From the human T2T-CHM13v2.0 reference genome, Homo sapiens: a stretch of 64,000 nucleotides of DNA. Shown piece after piece: positions 1 through 15,200 of this stretch (position 1 is the first letter of the stretch; each line of letters opens with the position of its first letter). The stretch lies in the NCBI RefSeq assembly GCF_009914755.1, contig NC_060940.1; one strand, given 5' to 3'. Below the pieces are notes generated by a model. The model saw nothing but the letters and a program-made list of their open reading frames with translations, did no database searches and had not been told where the DNA came from. The position numbers and the translations under genes were made by a program.

Positions 1-3000
1 GATTCCATTCGATGATGATTCCCTTTGATTCCGTTCAAAGATGATTCCATTCTAGCCCATTCAATCATTCCATTCGATTCTATTCAATGATGATTCCATT
101 CATGTCGATTTGGTGATTCCATTTGACTTCATTTGATGATGATTCCTTTCAAGTTCATTAGATGATTCCATTCGATTCCATTTGATGATGATCCCATTCG
201 AGTCCATTCAGTGATTCCATTCGTTTCCATTCCATGATGATTCCATTCCTTTCCATTCAATGATTCCATTCGATTCCGTTTGATGATGATTTCATTCGAG
301 TCCATTTGATGATTCCATTTGATTCCATTCGATGATGATTCCATTCGAGTCCATTCGATGATTCTATTCGAATCCATTTGATGATTTCTTTTGATTATAT
401 TTGGTGATGATTCCATTGGAGTCCATTCAATGATTCCATTCGATTCCAATTGATGATGATTCCATTAGAGTCCATTTAATGATTCCATTTGATTCCAGTC
501 TCTGATGATTACATTCGAGTCCATACGATGATTCCACTCAATTCCATATGATGATGATTCCATTCGATTCCATTCGATGATTCCATTCTATTCTATTCAA
601 TGGTGATTCCATTCGAGTACATTAGATGATTCCATTCGATTCCATTCAATGATGATTCTATTTGTGTCCCTTAGATGATTCCACATGATTCCATTACATG
701 ATGATACTATTTGAGCCCATCCAATGATTCCCTTCGATTCCATTCGATGAGGATTCCATTCGATTCAATTCATTGGTGATTCTATTCAATTCAATTCTTT
801 GATTCCATTCCATTCCATTCGACAATGATTCCATTCGATTTCTTTCGATGATTCCACTCGATTCCACTTGACATTGATTCCATTCGATTCCATTCAATGA
901 TTCCATTTGATTCCAGTGGATGATGATTGCCATCGATTCCATTCGATCACTCCATTCTATTCCATTTGATGATGATTACATTCGATTCCATTTGATGATT
1001 CCATCTGATTCTATTCGAGGATTCCATTTGATTCCATTCGATGATGATTCCATTCGAGTCCATTCGATGATTTCATTCGAGTACATCCAATGATTCCATT
1101 CGTGTCCATTTGATGATTCCATTTGTTTCCATTTGATTATGATTCTACTAGAGTCCATTCAATGACTCCATTCGAGTGCATTCAACAATTCCATTCGACT
1201 CCATTCGATGATTGCATTCGATTCCATTTGATGATTCCATTCGAGTCCATTTAATCATTACAGTCGAGTCCATTTGGTGATTCCACTGGATTTCTTTTGA
1301 TAATGATACCATTCCATTACATTTGATGATGATCCCATTCAATTTCATTTGATGATGATTCCCTTAGAGTCCATTCGATGATTTCATTCGAGTCCTTTCA
1401 TTGATTCCATCCGATTTCATTTGATGATGACTCCATTCGAGTCCATTCGATGATTCCACTCGATTCCATTAGATGATTCCATTGGAGTCCATTTCATTGT
1501 TCCATTCGATTCCATTCGATTCCTTTCGAAGATTATTCCATTTGAGTCCATTCGATGATGATTACATTCCATTCCTTTCGATGATTCCATTTGATTCCAT
1601 TTGATGATTCCCTTCGATTCCTTTCTTTGATGACTGCATTCCATTCCATTCAATGTTTCCATTCGAATCTATTCCATGATGATTCCTTTCGATTCCATTC
1701 GCTGATGTTTCCGTTCAATTCCATTCGATGATGATTCCATTCGATTCCATTCATTGAGGATTCCATTTGATTCCATTCTATGATGATTCCGTTCTATTCC
1801 ATTCAATGATTGCATTCAATTCCATTCAATGATTATCCCATTAGAGTAAACTCAACGATTCCATTCAATACCATTCGATGATGATTCCTTTTGAGTTCAT
1901 TCAATGATTTCATTCAAGTCCATTTGATGATTCCTTTCAATTCCATTCTATGATGATTCCATTCGAGTCCATTCGATGATTCCATTCGATTGCATTCCAT
2001 GATTCCATTATATTCCATTCAACGGTGATTCCATTCGAGTCCATTCGATGATTCCATTAGAGTACATTTAATGATTGCTTTGTTTTCAATTCGAAGATGA
2101 TTACATTCGATTCCATTCTATGATACCATTCGATTCCATTCAATGATGATTCCACTCAAATCCATTGGATGATTCCATTCGTGTCCATTCGGTGATTTCA
2201 TTAGATTCCATTCGAGGATGATTCCTTTCGATTCCATTCGATGATTCCATTCAATTCCATTCGATGATGATTCCATTCGAGTCCATATGATCATTCCATT
2301 TGATTTCATTCGATGATGATTCCATTCGATTCCATTCGATGATTCCATTCTATTCCTTTCGATGATGATTCCATTCGAGTCCATTCGATGATTCCATTCG
2401 AGTCCATTTAATGATTCCATTGGGTTCAATTCGATGATGATTACATTGGATTCCGTTCTATGATTCCATTCAATTCCGTTCATTGACAATTTGATTCCAT
2501 TCGATGATGATTCCATTTGAGTTCATTCGATGATTCTATTCGATTCTCTTCGATGGTGATTCAATTATATTATATTGGATGATGCCATTCGATTCCATTT
2601 GATGTTGATTCAATTCGATTCTATTCGATGATGATTCCATTGGATTTCACTTGATGATTCTATTCGATTCCATTCAATGATGATTCACTTCTCGTCCATT
2701 GGATGGTTCCATTTCATTCCATTCGATGATGATTCCATTCGATTCCATTCGATGATTCCATTTGATTCCATTCGACGGTGACCAATTCGATTCAATTCCA
2801 TGATGATTCTATTTGATTCAATTAGATGATGTTTCCATTCGAATCCATTCCATGATTATTCCATTGGAATCCATTCGGCGATGATTCCATATGAGTCAAT
2901 TCAATGATGATTCCATATGGGTCCGTTCGATGATAATTCCATTTGATTTCATTCGATGCTTCTATTCAATTCCAGTTGATGATGATTCCGTTGGAGTCCA

Positions 3001-6000
3001 TACGATGATTCCATTTGATTTCATTTGATGATGATTCCATTCGATTCCATTCGATGATGATTACATTGGATTCCATTCTATGATTCCATTCAATTCCATT
3101 CGTTGATGATTCGATTCCATTCAATGATGATTCCATTTGAGTTCATTCGATGATTCTATTCGATTCCGTTCGATGGTGATTCAATTCTCTTATATTGGAT
3201 GATTCCACTCGATTCCATTTGATGATTATTCCATTGGAGTCCACTTAGTGAATCCTTTAGATTCTACTCGAAGATGATTCCATTCGAGTCCATTCGATGG
3301 TACCATTCAATTCCATTCGTTGATGCTTCCATTCAAGTGCATTCGATATCATTCGATTCCATTTGATGATAATTCCATTTGATTCCATGCGATGATTCTA
3401 TTCGATTCCATTCAATGATAATTCCATTCAATTCAGTGATTCCTCTGGACTCCATTTGATGATGATTCCATTCAATGATTCCATTCGATTCTATTCGAAA
3501 ATGATTCCATTTGAATCCATTTGATGATGATTCCATTAGATTCCATTTGATGATTCTATTCGATTCCATTCGACGATGATTCCATTCGATTCCATTTGAT
3601 GATTCCATTCTATTCTATTCGATGATGATTCCATTCGATTCCATTCGATGATGATTGGATTCGATTCCATTTGATGATTTCATTTGATTCCATTCGATAA
3701 TGATTTTGATCAATTCCATTCGATGATTCCATTCGATTCCATTCGATAATGATTACATCCGAGTCCATTCGATGATTCCATTTGAGCCCGTTCGATAATT
3801 CCATTTGAGTCCAATCAATGATTGCATTCATTTCCATTCAATGATTCCATTCGAGTCCATTTGATCATTCCGGTAGGGTCCGTTCGATGTTGATTCCATT
3901 GGAGTGCATTCGATGATTCCATTCGAGTCCAATTTATGATTTGGTTCGAGTCCTTTCGATGATTCCATTCGATTCCACTCGATGATGATTTCATTCGAGT
4001 CCATTCGACACTTCCAATCGATTCCATTTGATGTTTCCTTTCGAGTCCAATTGATGATTCCATTCAATTCCATTCGATGATGATTCCGTACGATTCCACT
4101 CTGTGATGATTCCAAGTGATTGCATTCAATGATGATTCCTTTCGATTGCATTCGATTATGATTCATTTCGTGTTCATTCTATGGTTCCACAGGTTTCCAT
4201 TCGTGTCCATTCCATTATTCCATTCTATTCCATTTGATGATGATTCCATTCGATTCCATTCATTGGTGATTCCACTCAATTCCATTCAATGATTCCATTC
4301 CATTTCTTTCAACAATGATTCCATTAGTTTCTAATCGATGATCCACTTGATTCCATTTGACGACGATTCCATTCTTGTCCATTCGATGATTCCATTTGAT
4401 TCCATATGATGATGATTCCATTCGATTCCATACCATGATGATTCCATTCGAGTCCATTCAATGGTGATTCCATTCAATTCCATTCGATGATTCCTTTCGA
4501 TTCCATTCAATGATGATGGCATTCGATTCCTTTCAATCATTCCCTTTGATTCCATTCAAAGGTGATTTCATTCAAGTCCATTCGATAATTGCATTCGATT
4601 CCATTCTATGATGATTCCATTCGAGTCCATTTGATGATTCCATTCAATTCAAGTCAATGATGATTCCATTCAATTCCATTCGACGATTCCATTGGATTCC
4701 ATTCGATGATGATTCCATTCAAATCCATTCGATAATTCAATTCAAGTCCATTCGATGATGATTCCAATCGAATCCATTCAAAGATTCCATTCTGTTCCAT
4801 TCGATGATTCCCTTAGATTCCATTCGATGATTCCACTTGATTGCATTTACGATGATTCCATTCGATTCCATGTGATGATTCCATTCAATTCTATTCAATG
4901 ATGTCTCCATTTGATTCCATTCGACCATGATTGCCTTTGATTCCATTCAATGATTCCATTCGGTTCCGTTTGATGATGATTCCGTTCGATTCCATTTGAT
5001 GATTCCATTTGATTCCATTGGATGAGTCCATTCGATTACATTCGATGATTATTCCATTCGAGTGCATTAGATGATTCCATTCGAGTCCATTCGATGATTC
5101 CATTCGATTCCATTCGATGTTGATTCTGTTCAAATCCATTCGATGATTCCACTCGATTCCATTCGTTGACTCCATTTGATCCCATTTGATGATTTCCTTT
5201 GATTCCCTTTGATGATCATTCCATTTGATTCAATTCGGTGATTTCATTTGATTCCATTCAGTGATGTTTCCATTCGACTCCATTCGATGATGATTCCATT
5301 CGACTCCATTCGATTATGATTTCATTCAATTCCATTCGATAATGATTCCCTTCGAGTCCATTCGATGATTCCATTCGATTCCATTCAACGATGATTTGAT
5401 TCGTGTCCATTCGATGATTCCATTTGATTCCACTTGACGATGATTCCATTCGAGTCCATTTGATGATTCCATTCAATTCCATACTCCGATGATTTCTTTT
5501 GAGCCCACTCAATGCTTCCACTCGATTCCACATGATGATGACTCCATTCGATGAAATTCGATGATGATTCCATTCGCTTGCTTTCGATGATGATTCCACT
5601 TGAGTCCGTTAGAAGATTCTATTCAATTACATTCCATGACGATTCCGTTCGAGTCCATTTGATGATTCCATTAGACTCCATTCGACGATGATTCCATTCG
5701 ATGTTATTCCATGATTCCATTCGATCTCATTCGATGATGATTCCATTCAACTCCATTCGATGTTTCCATTCGAGTTCATTCTATTATTCCATTAGATTCC
5801 ATTCGATGATGATTCCATTCGATTCCATTTGATGATTGCATTCTATTTCATTTGATGATGATTCCATTCGAGTCCACTCGATGATTCCATTCGAGTCCAT
5901 TTAATGAATCCATTGGTTTCAATTCTATGATGATTACATTGGATTACATTCGTTGATGATTTCATTCGGTTCCATTCAATGATGATTCCATTCAATTCCT

Positions 6001-6119
6001 TTCAATGTTTCCATTCAATTCCATACGATGATGATTCCATTTGATTTGATTCGACAGTGAGCCATTCGATTCAATTCCATGATGATTCTATTTGATTCAA
6101 TTGGTTGACATTTCCATTC
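1..6119 (+). repeat. Higher-order unit 1 (6119 bp; arbitrary phase)
   Basis: Unique marker TCTAGCCCAT at 51 recurs at 6170. Has +10 bp near 3040 and -3 bp near 3345 relative to the 6112-bp modal unit. Confidence 0.9.
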
Positions 6120-9100
6120 GATTCCATTCGATGATGATTCCCTTTGATTCCGTTCAAAGATGATTCCATTCTAGCCCATTCATCATTCCATTCGATTCTA
6201 TTCAATGATGATTCCATTCATGTCGATTTGGTGATTCCATTTGACTTCATTTGATGATGATTCCTTTCAAGTTCATTAGATGATTCCATTCGATTCCATT
6301 TGATGATGATCCCATTCGAGTCCATTCAGTGATTCCATTCGTTTCCATTCCATGATGATTCCATTCCTTTCCATTCAATGATTCCATTCGATTCCGTTTG
6401 ATGATGATTTCATTCGAGTCCATTTGATGATTCCATTTGATTCCATTCGATGATGATTCCATTCGAGTCCATTCGATGATTCTATTCGAATCCATTTGAT
6501 GATTTCTTTTGATTATTTTTGGTGATGATTCCATTGGAGTCCATTCAATGATTCCATTCTATTCCAATCGATGATGATTCCATTAGAGTCCATTTAATGA
6601 TTCCATTGGATTCCAGTCTCTGATGATTACATTCGAGTCCATACGATGATTCCACTCAATTCCATATGATGATGATTCCATTTGATTCCATTCGGTGATT
6701 CCATTCTATTCTATTCAATGGTGATTCCATTCGAGTACATTAGATGATTCCATTCGATTCCATTCAATGATGATTCTATTTGTGTCCCTTAGATGATTCC
6801 ACATGATTCCATTACATGATGATACTATTTGAGCCCATCCAATGATTCCCTTCGATTCCATTCGATGAGGATTCCATTCGATTCAATTCATTGGTGATTC
6901 TATTCAATTCAATTCTTTGATTCCATTCCATTCCATTCGACAATGATTCCATTCGATTTCTTTCGATGATTCCACTCGATTCCACTTGACATTGATTCCA
7001 TTCGATTCCATTCAATGATTCCATTTGATTCCAGTGGATGATGATTGCCATCGATTCCATTCGATCACTCCATTCTATTCCATTTGATGATGATTACATT
7101 CGATTCCATTTGATGATTCCATCTGATTCTATTCGAGGATTCCATTTGATTCCATTCGATGATGATTCCATTCGAGTCCATTTGATGATTTCATTCGAGT
7201 ACATCCAATGATTCCATTCGAGTCCATTAGATGATTCCATTTGATTCCATTTGAAAATGATTCTACTAGAGTCCATTCAATGACTCCATTCGAGTCCATT
7301 CAACAATTCCATTCGACTCCATTCGATGATTCCATTCGATTCCATTTGATGGTTCCATTCGAGTCCATTTAATCATTACAGTCGAGTCCATTTGGTGATT
7401 CCAATGGATTTCTTTTGATAATGATACCATTCCATTACATTTGATGATGATCCCATTCAATTTCATTTGATGATGATTCCATTAGAGTCCATTCGATGAT
7501 TTCATTCGAGTCCCTTCATTGATTCCATCCGATTTCATTGGATGATGACTCCATTCGAGTCCATTCGATGATTCCACTCGATTCCATTAGATGACTCCAT
7601 TGGAGTCCATTTGATTGTTCCATTCGATTCCATTCGATTCCTTTCGAAGATTATTCCATTTGAGTCCATTCGATGATGATTCCATTCCATTCCATTCGAT
7701 GATTCCGTTTGATTCCATTCGATGATTCCCTTCGATTCCTTTCTTTGATGATTCCATTCCATTCCATTCAATGATTCCATTCAAATCTATTCCATGATGA
7801 TTCCTTTCGATTCCATTCGCTGATGTTTCCGTTCAATTCCATTCGATGATGATTCCATTCGATTCCATTCATTGAGGATTCCATTTGATTCCATTCAATG
7901 ATGATTCCATTCTATTCCATTCAATGATTGCATTCAATTCCATTCAATGATTATCCCATTAGAGTAAACTCAACGATTCCATTCAATACCATTCAATGAT
8001 GATTCCTTTTGAGTCCATTCAATGATTTCATTCAAGTCCATTTGATGATTCCTTTCAATTCCATTCTATGATGATTCCATTCGAGTCCATTCGATGATTC
8101 CATTCGATTGCATTCGATGATTCCATTATATTCCATTCAACGGTGATTCCATTCGAGTCCATTCCATGATTCCATTAGAGTACATTTAATGATTGCTTTG
8201 TTTTCAATTCGAAGATGATTACATTGGATTCCATTCTATGATACCATTCGATTCCATTCAATGATGATTCCACTCAAATCCATTGGATGATTCCATTCGT
8301 GTCCATTCGGTGATTTCATTAGATTCCATTCGAGGATGATTCCATTCGATTCCATTCGATGATTCCATTCAATTCCATTCGATGATGATTCCATTCCAGT
8401 CCATATGATCATTCCATTTGATTTCATTCGATGATGATTCCATTCAATTCGATTCGACGATTCCATTCTATTCCATTCGATGATGATTCCATTCGAGTCC
8501 ATTCGATGATTCCATTCGAGTCCATTTAATGATTCCATTGGGTTCAATTCAATGATGATTACATTGGATTCCGTTCTATGATTCCATTCAATTCCGTTCA
8601 TTGACAATTTGATTCCATTCGATGATGATTCCATTTGAGTTCATTCGATGATTCTATTCGATTCTCTTCGATGGTGATTCAATTCTATTATATTGGATGA
8701 TTCCATTCGATTCCATTTGATGTTGATTCAATTCGATTCTATTCGATGATGATTCCATTGGATTTCACTTGATGATTCTATTCGATTCCATTCAATGATG
8801 ATTCACTTCTCGTCCATTGGATGATTCCATTTCATTCCATTCGATGATGATTCCATTCGATTCCATTCGATGATTCCATTTGATTCCATGCAACGGTGAG
8901 CAATTCGATTCAATTCCATGATGATTCTATTTGATTCAATTAGATGATGTTTCCATTCGAATCCATTCCATGATTATTCCATTGGAATCCATTCGGCGAT
9001 GATTCCATATGAGTCAATTCAATGATGATTCCATATGGGTCCGTTCGATGATAATTCCATTTGATTTCATTCGATGCTTCTATTCTATTCCAGTCGATGA

Positions 9101-12100
9101 TGATTCCGTTGGAGTCCATACGATGATTCCATTTGATTTCATTTGATGATGATTCCATTCGATGATGATTACATTGGATTCCATTCTATGATTCCATTCA
9201 ATTCCATTCGTTGATGATTCGATTCCATTCAATGATGATTCCATTTGAGTTCATTCGATGATTCTATTCGATTCCGTTCGATGGTGATTCAATTCTCTTA
9301 TATTGGATGATTCCACTCGATTCCATTTGATGATTATTCCATTGGAGTCCACTTAGTGAATCCTTTAGATTCTACTCGAAGATGATTCCATTCGAGTCCA
9401 TTCGATGGTACCATTCAATTCCATTCGTTGATGCTTCCATTCAAGTGCATTCGATGATATCATTCGATTCCATTTGATGATAATTCCATTTGATTCCATG
9501 CGATGATTCTATTCGATTCCATTCAATGATAATTCCATTCAATTCAGTGATTCCTCTGGACTCCATTTGATGATGATTCCATTCAATGATTCCATTCGAT
9601 TCTATTCGAAAATGATTCCATTTGAATCCATTTGATGATGATTCCATTAGATTCCATTTGATGATTCTATTCGATTCCATTCGACGATGATTCCATTCGA
9701 TTCCATTTGATGATTCCATTCTATTCTATTCGATGATGATTCCATTCGATTCCATTCGATGATGATTGGATTCGATTCCATTTGATGATTTCATTTGATT
9801 CCATTCGATAATGATTTTGATCAATTCCATTCGATGATTCCATTCGATTCCATTCGATAATGATTACATCCGAGTCCATTCGATGATTCCATTTGAGCCC
9901 GTTCGATAATTCCATTTGAGTCCAATCAATGATTGCATTCATTTCCATTCAATGATTCCATTCGAGTCCATTTGATCATTCCGGTAGGGTCCGTTCGATG
10001 TTGATTCCATTGGAGTGCATTCGATGATTCCATTCGAGTCCAATTTATGATTTGGTTCGAGTCCTTTCGATGATTCCATTCGATTCCACTCGATGATGAT
10101 TTCATTCGAGTCCATTCGACACTTCCAATCGATTCCATTTGATGTTTCCTTTCGAGTCCAATTGATGATTCCATTCAATTCCATTCGATGATGATTCCGT
10201 ACGATTCCACTCTGTGATGATTCCAAGTGATTGCATTCAATGATGATTCCTTTCGATTGCATTCGATTATGATTCATTTCGTGTTCATTCTATGGTTCCA
10301 CAGGTTTCCATTCGTGTCCATTCCATTATTCCATTCTATTCCATTTGATGATGATTCCATTCGATTCCATTCATTGGTGATTCCACTCAATTCCATTCAA
10401 TGATTCCATTCCATTTCTTTCAACAATGATTCCATTAGTTTCTAATCGATGATCCACTTGATTCCATTTGACGACGATTCCATTCTTGTCCATTCGATGA
10501 TTCCATTTGATTCCATATGATGATGATTCCATTCGATTCCATACCATGATGATTCCATTCGAGTCCATTCAATGGTGATTCCATTCAATTCCATTCGATG
10601 ATTCCTTTCGATTCCATTCAATGATGATGGCATTCGATTCCTTTCAATCATTCCCTTTGATTCCATTCAAAGGTGATTTCATTCAAGTCCATTCGATAAT
10701 TGCATTCGATTCCATTCTATGATGATTCCATTCGAGTCCATTTGATGATTCCATTCAATTCAAGTCAATGATGATTCCATTCAATTCCATTCGATGATTC
10801 CATTGGATTCCATTCGATGATGATTCCATTCAAATCCATTCGATAATTCAATTCAAGTCCATTCGATGATGATTCCAATCGAATCCATTCAAAGATTCCA
10901 TTCTGTTCCATTCGATGATTCCCTTAGATTCCATTCGATGATTCCACTTGATTGCATTTACGATGATTCCATTCGATTCCATGTGATGATTCCATTCAAT
11001 TCTATTCAATGATGTCTCCATTTGATTCCATTCGACCATGATTGCCTTTGATTCCATTCAATGATTCCATTCGGTTCCGTTTGATGATGATTCCGTTCGA
11101 TTCCATTTGATGATTCCATTTGATTCCATTGGATGAGTCCATTCGATTCCATTCGATGATTATTCCATTCGAGTGCATTAGATGATTCCATTCGAGTCCA
11201 TTCGATGATTCCATTCGATTCCATTCGATGTTGATTCTGTTCAAATCCATTCGATGATTCCACTCGATTCCATTCGTTGACTCCATTTGATCCCATTTGA
11301 TGATTTCCTTTGATTCCCTTTGATGATCATTCCATTTGATTCAATTCGGTGATTTCATTTGATTCCATTCAGTGATGTTTCCATTCGACTCCATTCGATG
11401 ATGATTCCATTCGACTCCATTCGATTATGATTTCATTCAATTCCATTCGATAATGATTCCCTTCGAGTCCATTCGATGATTCCATTCGATTCCATTCAAC
11501 GATGATTTGATTCGTGTCCATTCGATGATTCCATTTGATTCCACTTGACGATGATTCCATTCGAGTCCATTTGATGATTCCATTCAATTCCATACTCCGA
11601 TGATTTCTTTTGAGCCCACTCAATGCTTCCACTCGATTCCATATGATGATGACTCCATTCGATGAAATTCGATGATGATTCCATTCGCTTGCTTTCGATG
11701 ATGATTCCACTTGAGTCCGTTAGAAGATTCTATTCAATTACATTCCATGACGATTCCGTTCGAGTCCATTTGATGATTCCATTAGACTCCATTCGACGAT
11801 GATTCCATTCGATGTTATTCCATGATTCCATTCGATCTCATTCGATGATGATTCCATTCAACTCCATTCGATGTTTCCATTCGAGTTCATTCTATTATTC
11901 CATTAGATTCCATTCGATGATGATTCCATTCGATTCCATTTGATGATTGCATTCTATTTCATTTGATGATGATTCCATTCGAGTCCACTCGATGATTCCA
12001 TTCGAGTCCATTTAATGAATCCATTGGTTTCAATTCTATGATGATTACATTGGATTACATTCGTTGATGATTTCATTCGGTTCCATTCAATGATGATTCC

Positions 12101-12230
12101 ATTCAATTCCTTTCAATGTTTCCATTCAATTCCATACGATGATGATTCCATTTGATTTGATTCGACAGTGAGCCATTCGATTCAATTCCATGATGATTCT
12201 ATTTGATTCAATTGGTTGACATTTCCATTC
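6120..12230 (+). repeat. Higher-order unit 2 (6111 bp)
   Basis: Marker at 6170, next at 12281. 1-bp deletion near 6181 (CATCATT vs CAATCATT). Confidence 0.9.
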
Positions 12231-15200
12231 GATTCCATTCGATGATGATTCCCTTTGATTCCGTTCAAAGATGATTCCATTCTAGCCCATTCAATCATTC
12301 CATTCGATTCTATTCAATGATGATTCCATTCATGTCGATTTGGTGATTCCATTTGACTTCATTTGATGATGATTCCTTTCAAGTTCATTAGATGATTCCA
12401 TTCGATTCCATTTGATGATGATCCCATTCGAGTCCATTCAGTGATTCCATTCGTTTCCATTCCATGATGATTCCATTCCTTTCCATTCAATGATTCCATT
12501 CGATTCCGTTTGATGATGATTTCATTCGAGTCCATTTGATGATTCCATTTGATTCCATTCGATGATGATTCCATTCGAGTCCATTCGATGATTCTATTCG
12601 AATCCATTTGATGATTTCTTTTGATTATTTTTGGTGATGATTCCATTGGAGTCCATTCAATGATTCCATTCTATTCCAATCGATGATGATTCCATTAGAG
12701 TCCATTTAATGATTCCATTGGATTCCAGTCTCTGATGATTACATTCGAGTCCATACGATGATTCCACTCAATTCCATATGATGATGATTCCATTTGATTC
12801 CATTCGGTGATTCCATTCTATTCTATTCAATGGTGATTCCATTCGAGTACATTAGATGATTCCATTCGATTCCATTCAATGATGATTCTATTTGTGTCCC
12901 TTAGATGATTCCACATGATTCCATTACATGATGATACTATTTGAGCCCATCCAATGATTCCCTTCGATTCCATTCGATGAGGATTCCATTCGATTCAATT
13001 CATTGGTGATTCTATTCAATTCAATTCTTTGATTCCATTCCATTCCATTCGACAATGATTCCATTCGATTTCTTTCGATGATTCCACTCGATTCCACTTG
13101 ACATTGATTCCATTCGATTCCATTCAATGATTCCATTTGATTCCAGTGGATGATGATTGCCATCGATTCCATTCGATCACTCCATTCTATTCCATTTGAT
13201 GATGATTACATTCGATTCCATTTGATGATTCCATCTGATTCTATTCGAGGATTCCATTTGATTCCATTCGATGATGATTCCATTCAAGTCCATTTGATGA
13301 TTTCATTCGAGTACATCCAATGATTCCATTCGAGTCCATTAGATGATTCCATTTGATTCCATTTGAAAATGATTCTACTAGAGTCCATTCAATGACTCCA
13401 TTCGAGTCCATTCAACAATTCCATTCGACTCCATTCGATGATTCCATTCGATTCCATTTGATGGTTCCATTCGAGTCCATTTAATCATTACAGTCGAGTC
13501 CATTTGGTGATTCCAATGGATTTCTTTTGATAATGATACCATTCCATTACATTTGATGATGATCCCATTCAATTTCATTTGATGATGATTCCATTAGAGT
13601 CCATTCGATGATTTCATTCGAGTCCCTTCATTGATTCCATCCGATTTCATTGGATGATGACTCCATTCGAGTCCATTCGATGATTCCACTCGATTCCATT
13701 AGATGACTCCATTGGAGTCCATTTGATTGTTCCATTCGATTCCATTCGATTCCTTTCGAAGATTATTCCATTTGAGTCCATTCGATGATGATTCCATTCC
13801 ATTCCATTCGATGATTCCGTTTGATTCCATTCGATGATTCCCTTCGATTCCTTTCTTTGATGATTCCATTCCATTCCATTCAATGATTCCATTCGAATCT
13901 ATTCCATGATGATTCCTTTCGATTCCATTCGCTGATGTTTCCGTTCAATTCCATTCGATGATGATTCCATTCGATTCCATTCATTGAGGATTCCATTTGA
14001 TTCCATTCAATGATGATTCCATTCTATTCCATTCAATGATTGCATTCAATTCCATTCAATGATTATCCCATTAGAGTAAACTCAACGATTCCATTCAATA
14101 CCATTCAATGATGATTCCTTTTGAGTCCATTCAATGATTTCATTCAAGTCCATTTGATGATTCCTTTCAATTCCATTCTATGATGATTCCATTCGAGTCC
14201 ATTCGATGATTCCATTCGATTGCATTCGATGATTCCATTATATTCCATTCAACGGTGATTCCATTCGAGTCCATTCCATGATTCCATTAGAGTACATTTA
14301 ATGATTGCTTTGTTTTCAATTCGAAGATGATTACATTGGATTCCATTCTATGATACCATTCGATTCCATTCAATGATGATTCCACTCAAATCCATTGGAT
14401 GATTCCATTCGTGTCCATTCGGTGATTTCATTAGATTCCATTCGAGGATGATTCCATTCGATTCCATTCGATGATTCCATTCAATTCCATTCGATGATGA
14501 TTCCATTCCAGTCCATATGATCATTCCATTTGATTTCATTCGATGATGATTCCATTCGATTCCTTTCGACGATTCCATTCTATTCCATTCGATGATGATT
14601 CCATTCGAGTCCATTCGATGATTCCATTCGAGTCCATTTAATGATTCCATTGGGTTCAATTCAATGATGATTACATTGGATTCCGTTCTATGATTCCATT
14701 CAATTCCGTTCATTGACAATTTGATTCCATTCGATGATGATTCCATTTGAGTTCATTCGATGATTCTATTCGATTCTCTTCGATGGTGATTCAATTCTAT
14801 TATATTGGATGATTCCATTCGATTCCATTTGATGTTGATTCAATTCGATTCTATTCGATGATGATTCCATTGGATTTCACTTGATGATTCTATTCGATTC
14901 CATTCAATGATGATTCACTTCTCGTCCATTGGATGATTCCATTTCATTCCATTCGATGATGATTCCATTCGATTCCATTCGATGATTCCATTTGATTCCA
15001 TGCGACGGTGAGCAATTCGATTCAATTCCATGATGATTCTATTTGATTCAATTAGATGATGTTTCCATTCGAATCCATTCCATGATTATTCCATTGGAAT
15101 CCATTCGGCGATGATTCCATATGAGTCAATTCAATCATGATTCCATATGGGTCCGTTCGATGATAATTCCATTTGATTTCATTCGATGCTTCTATTCTAT

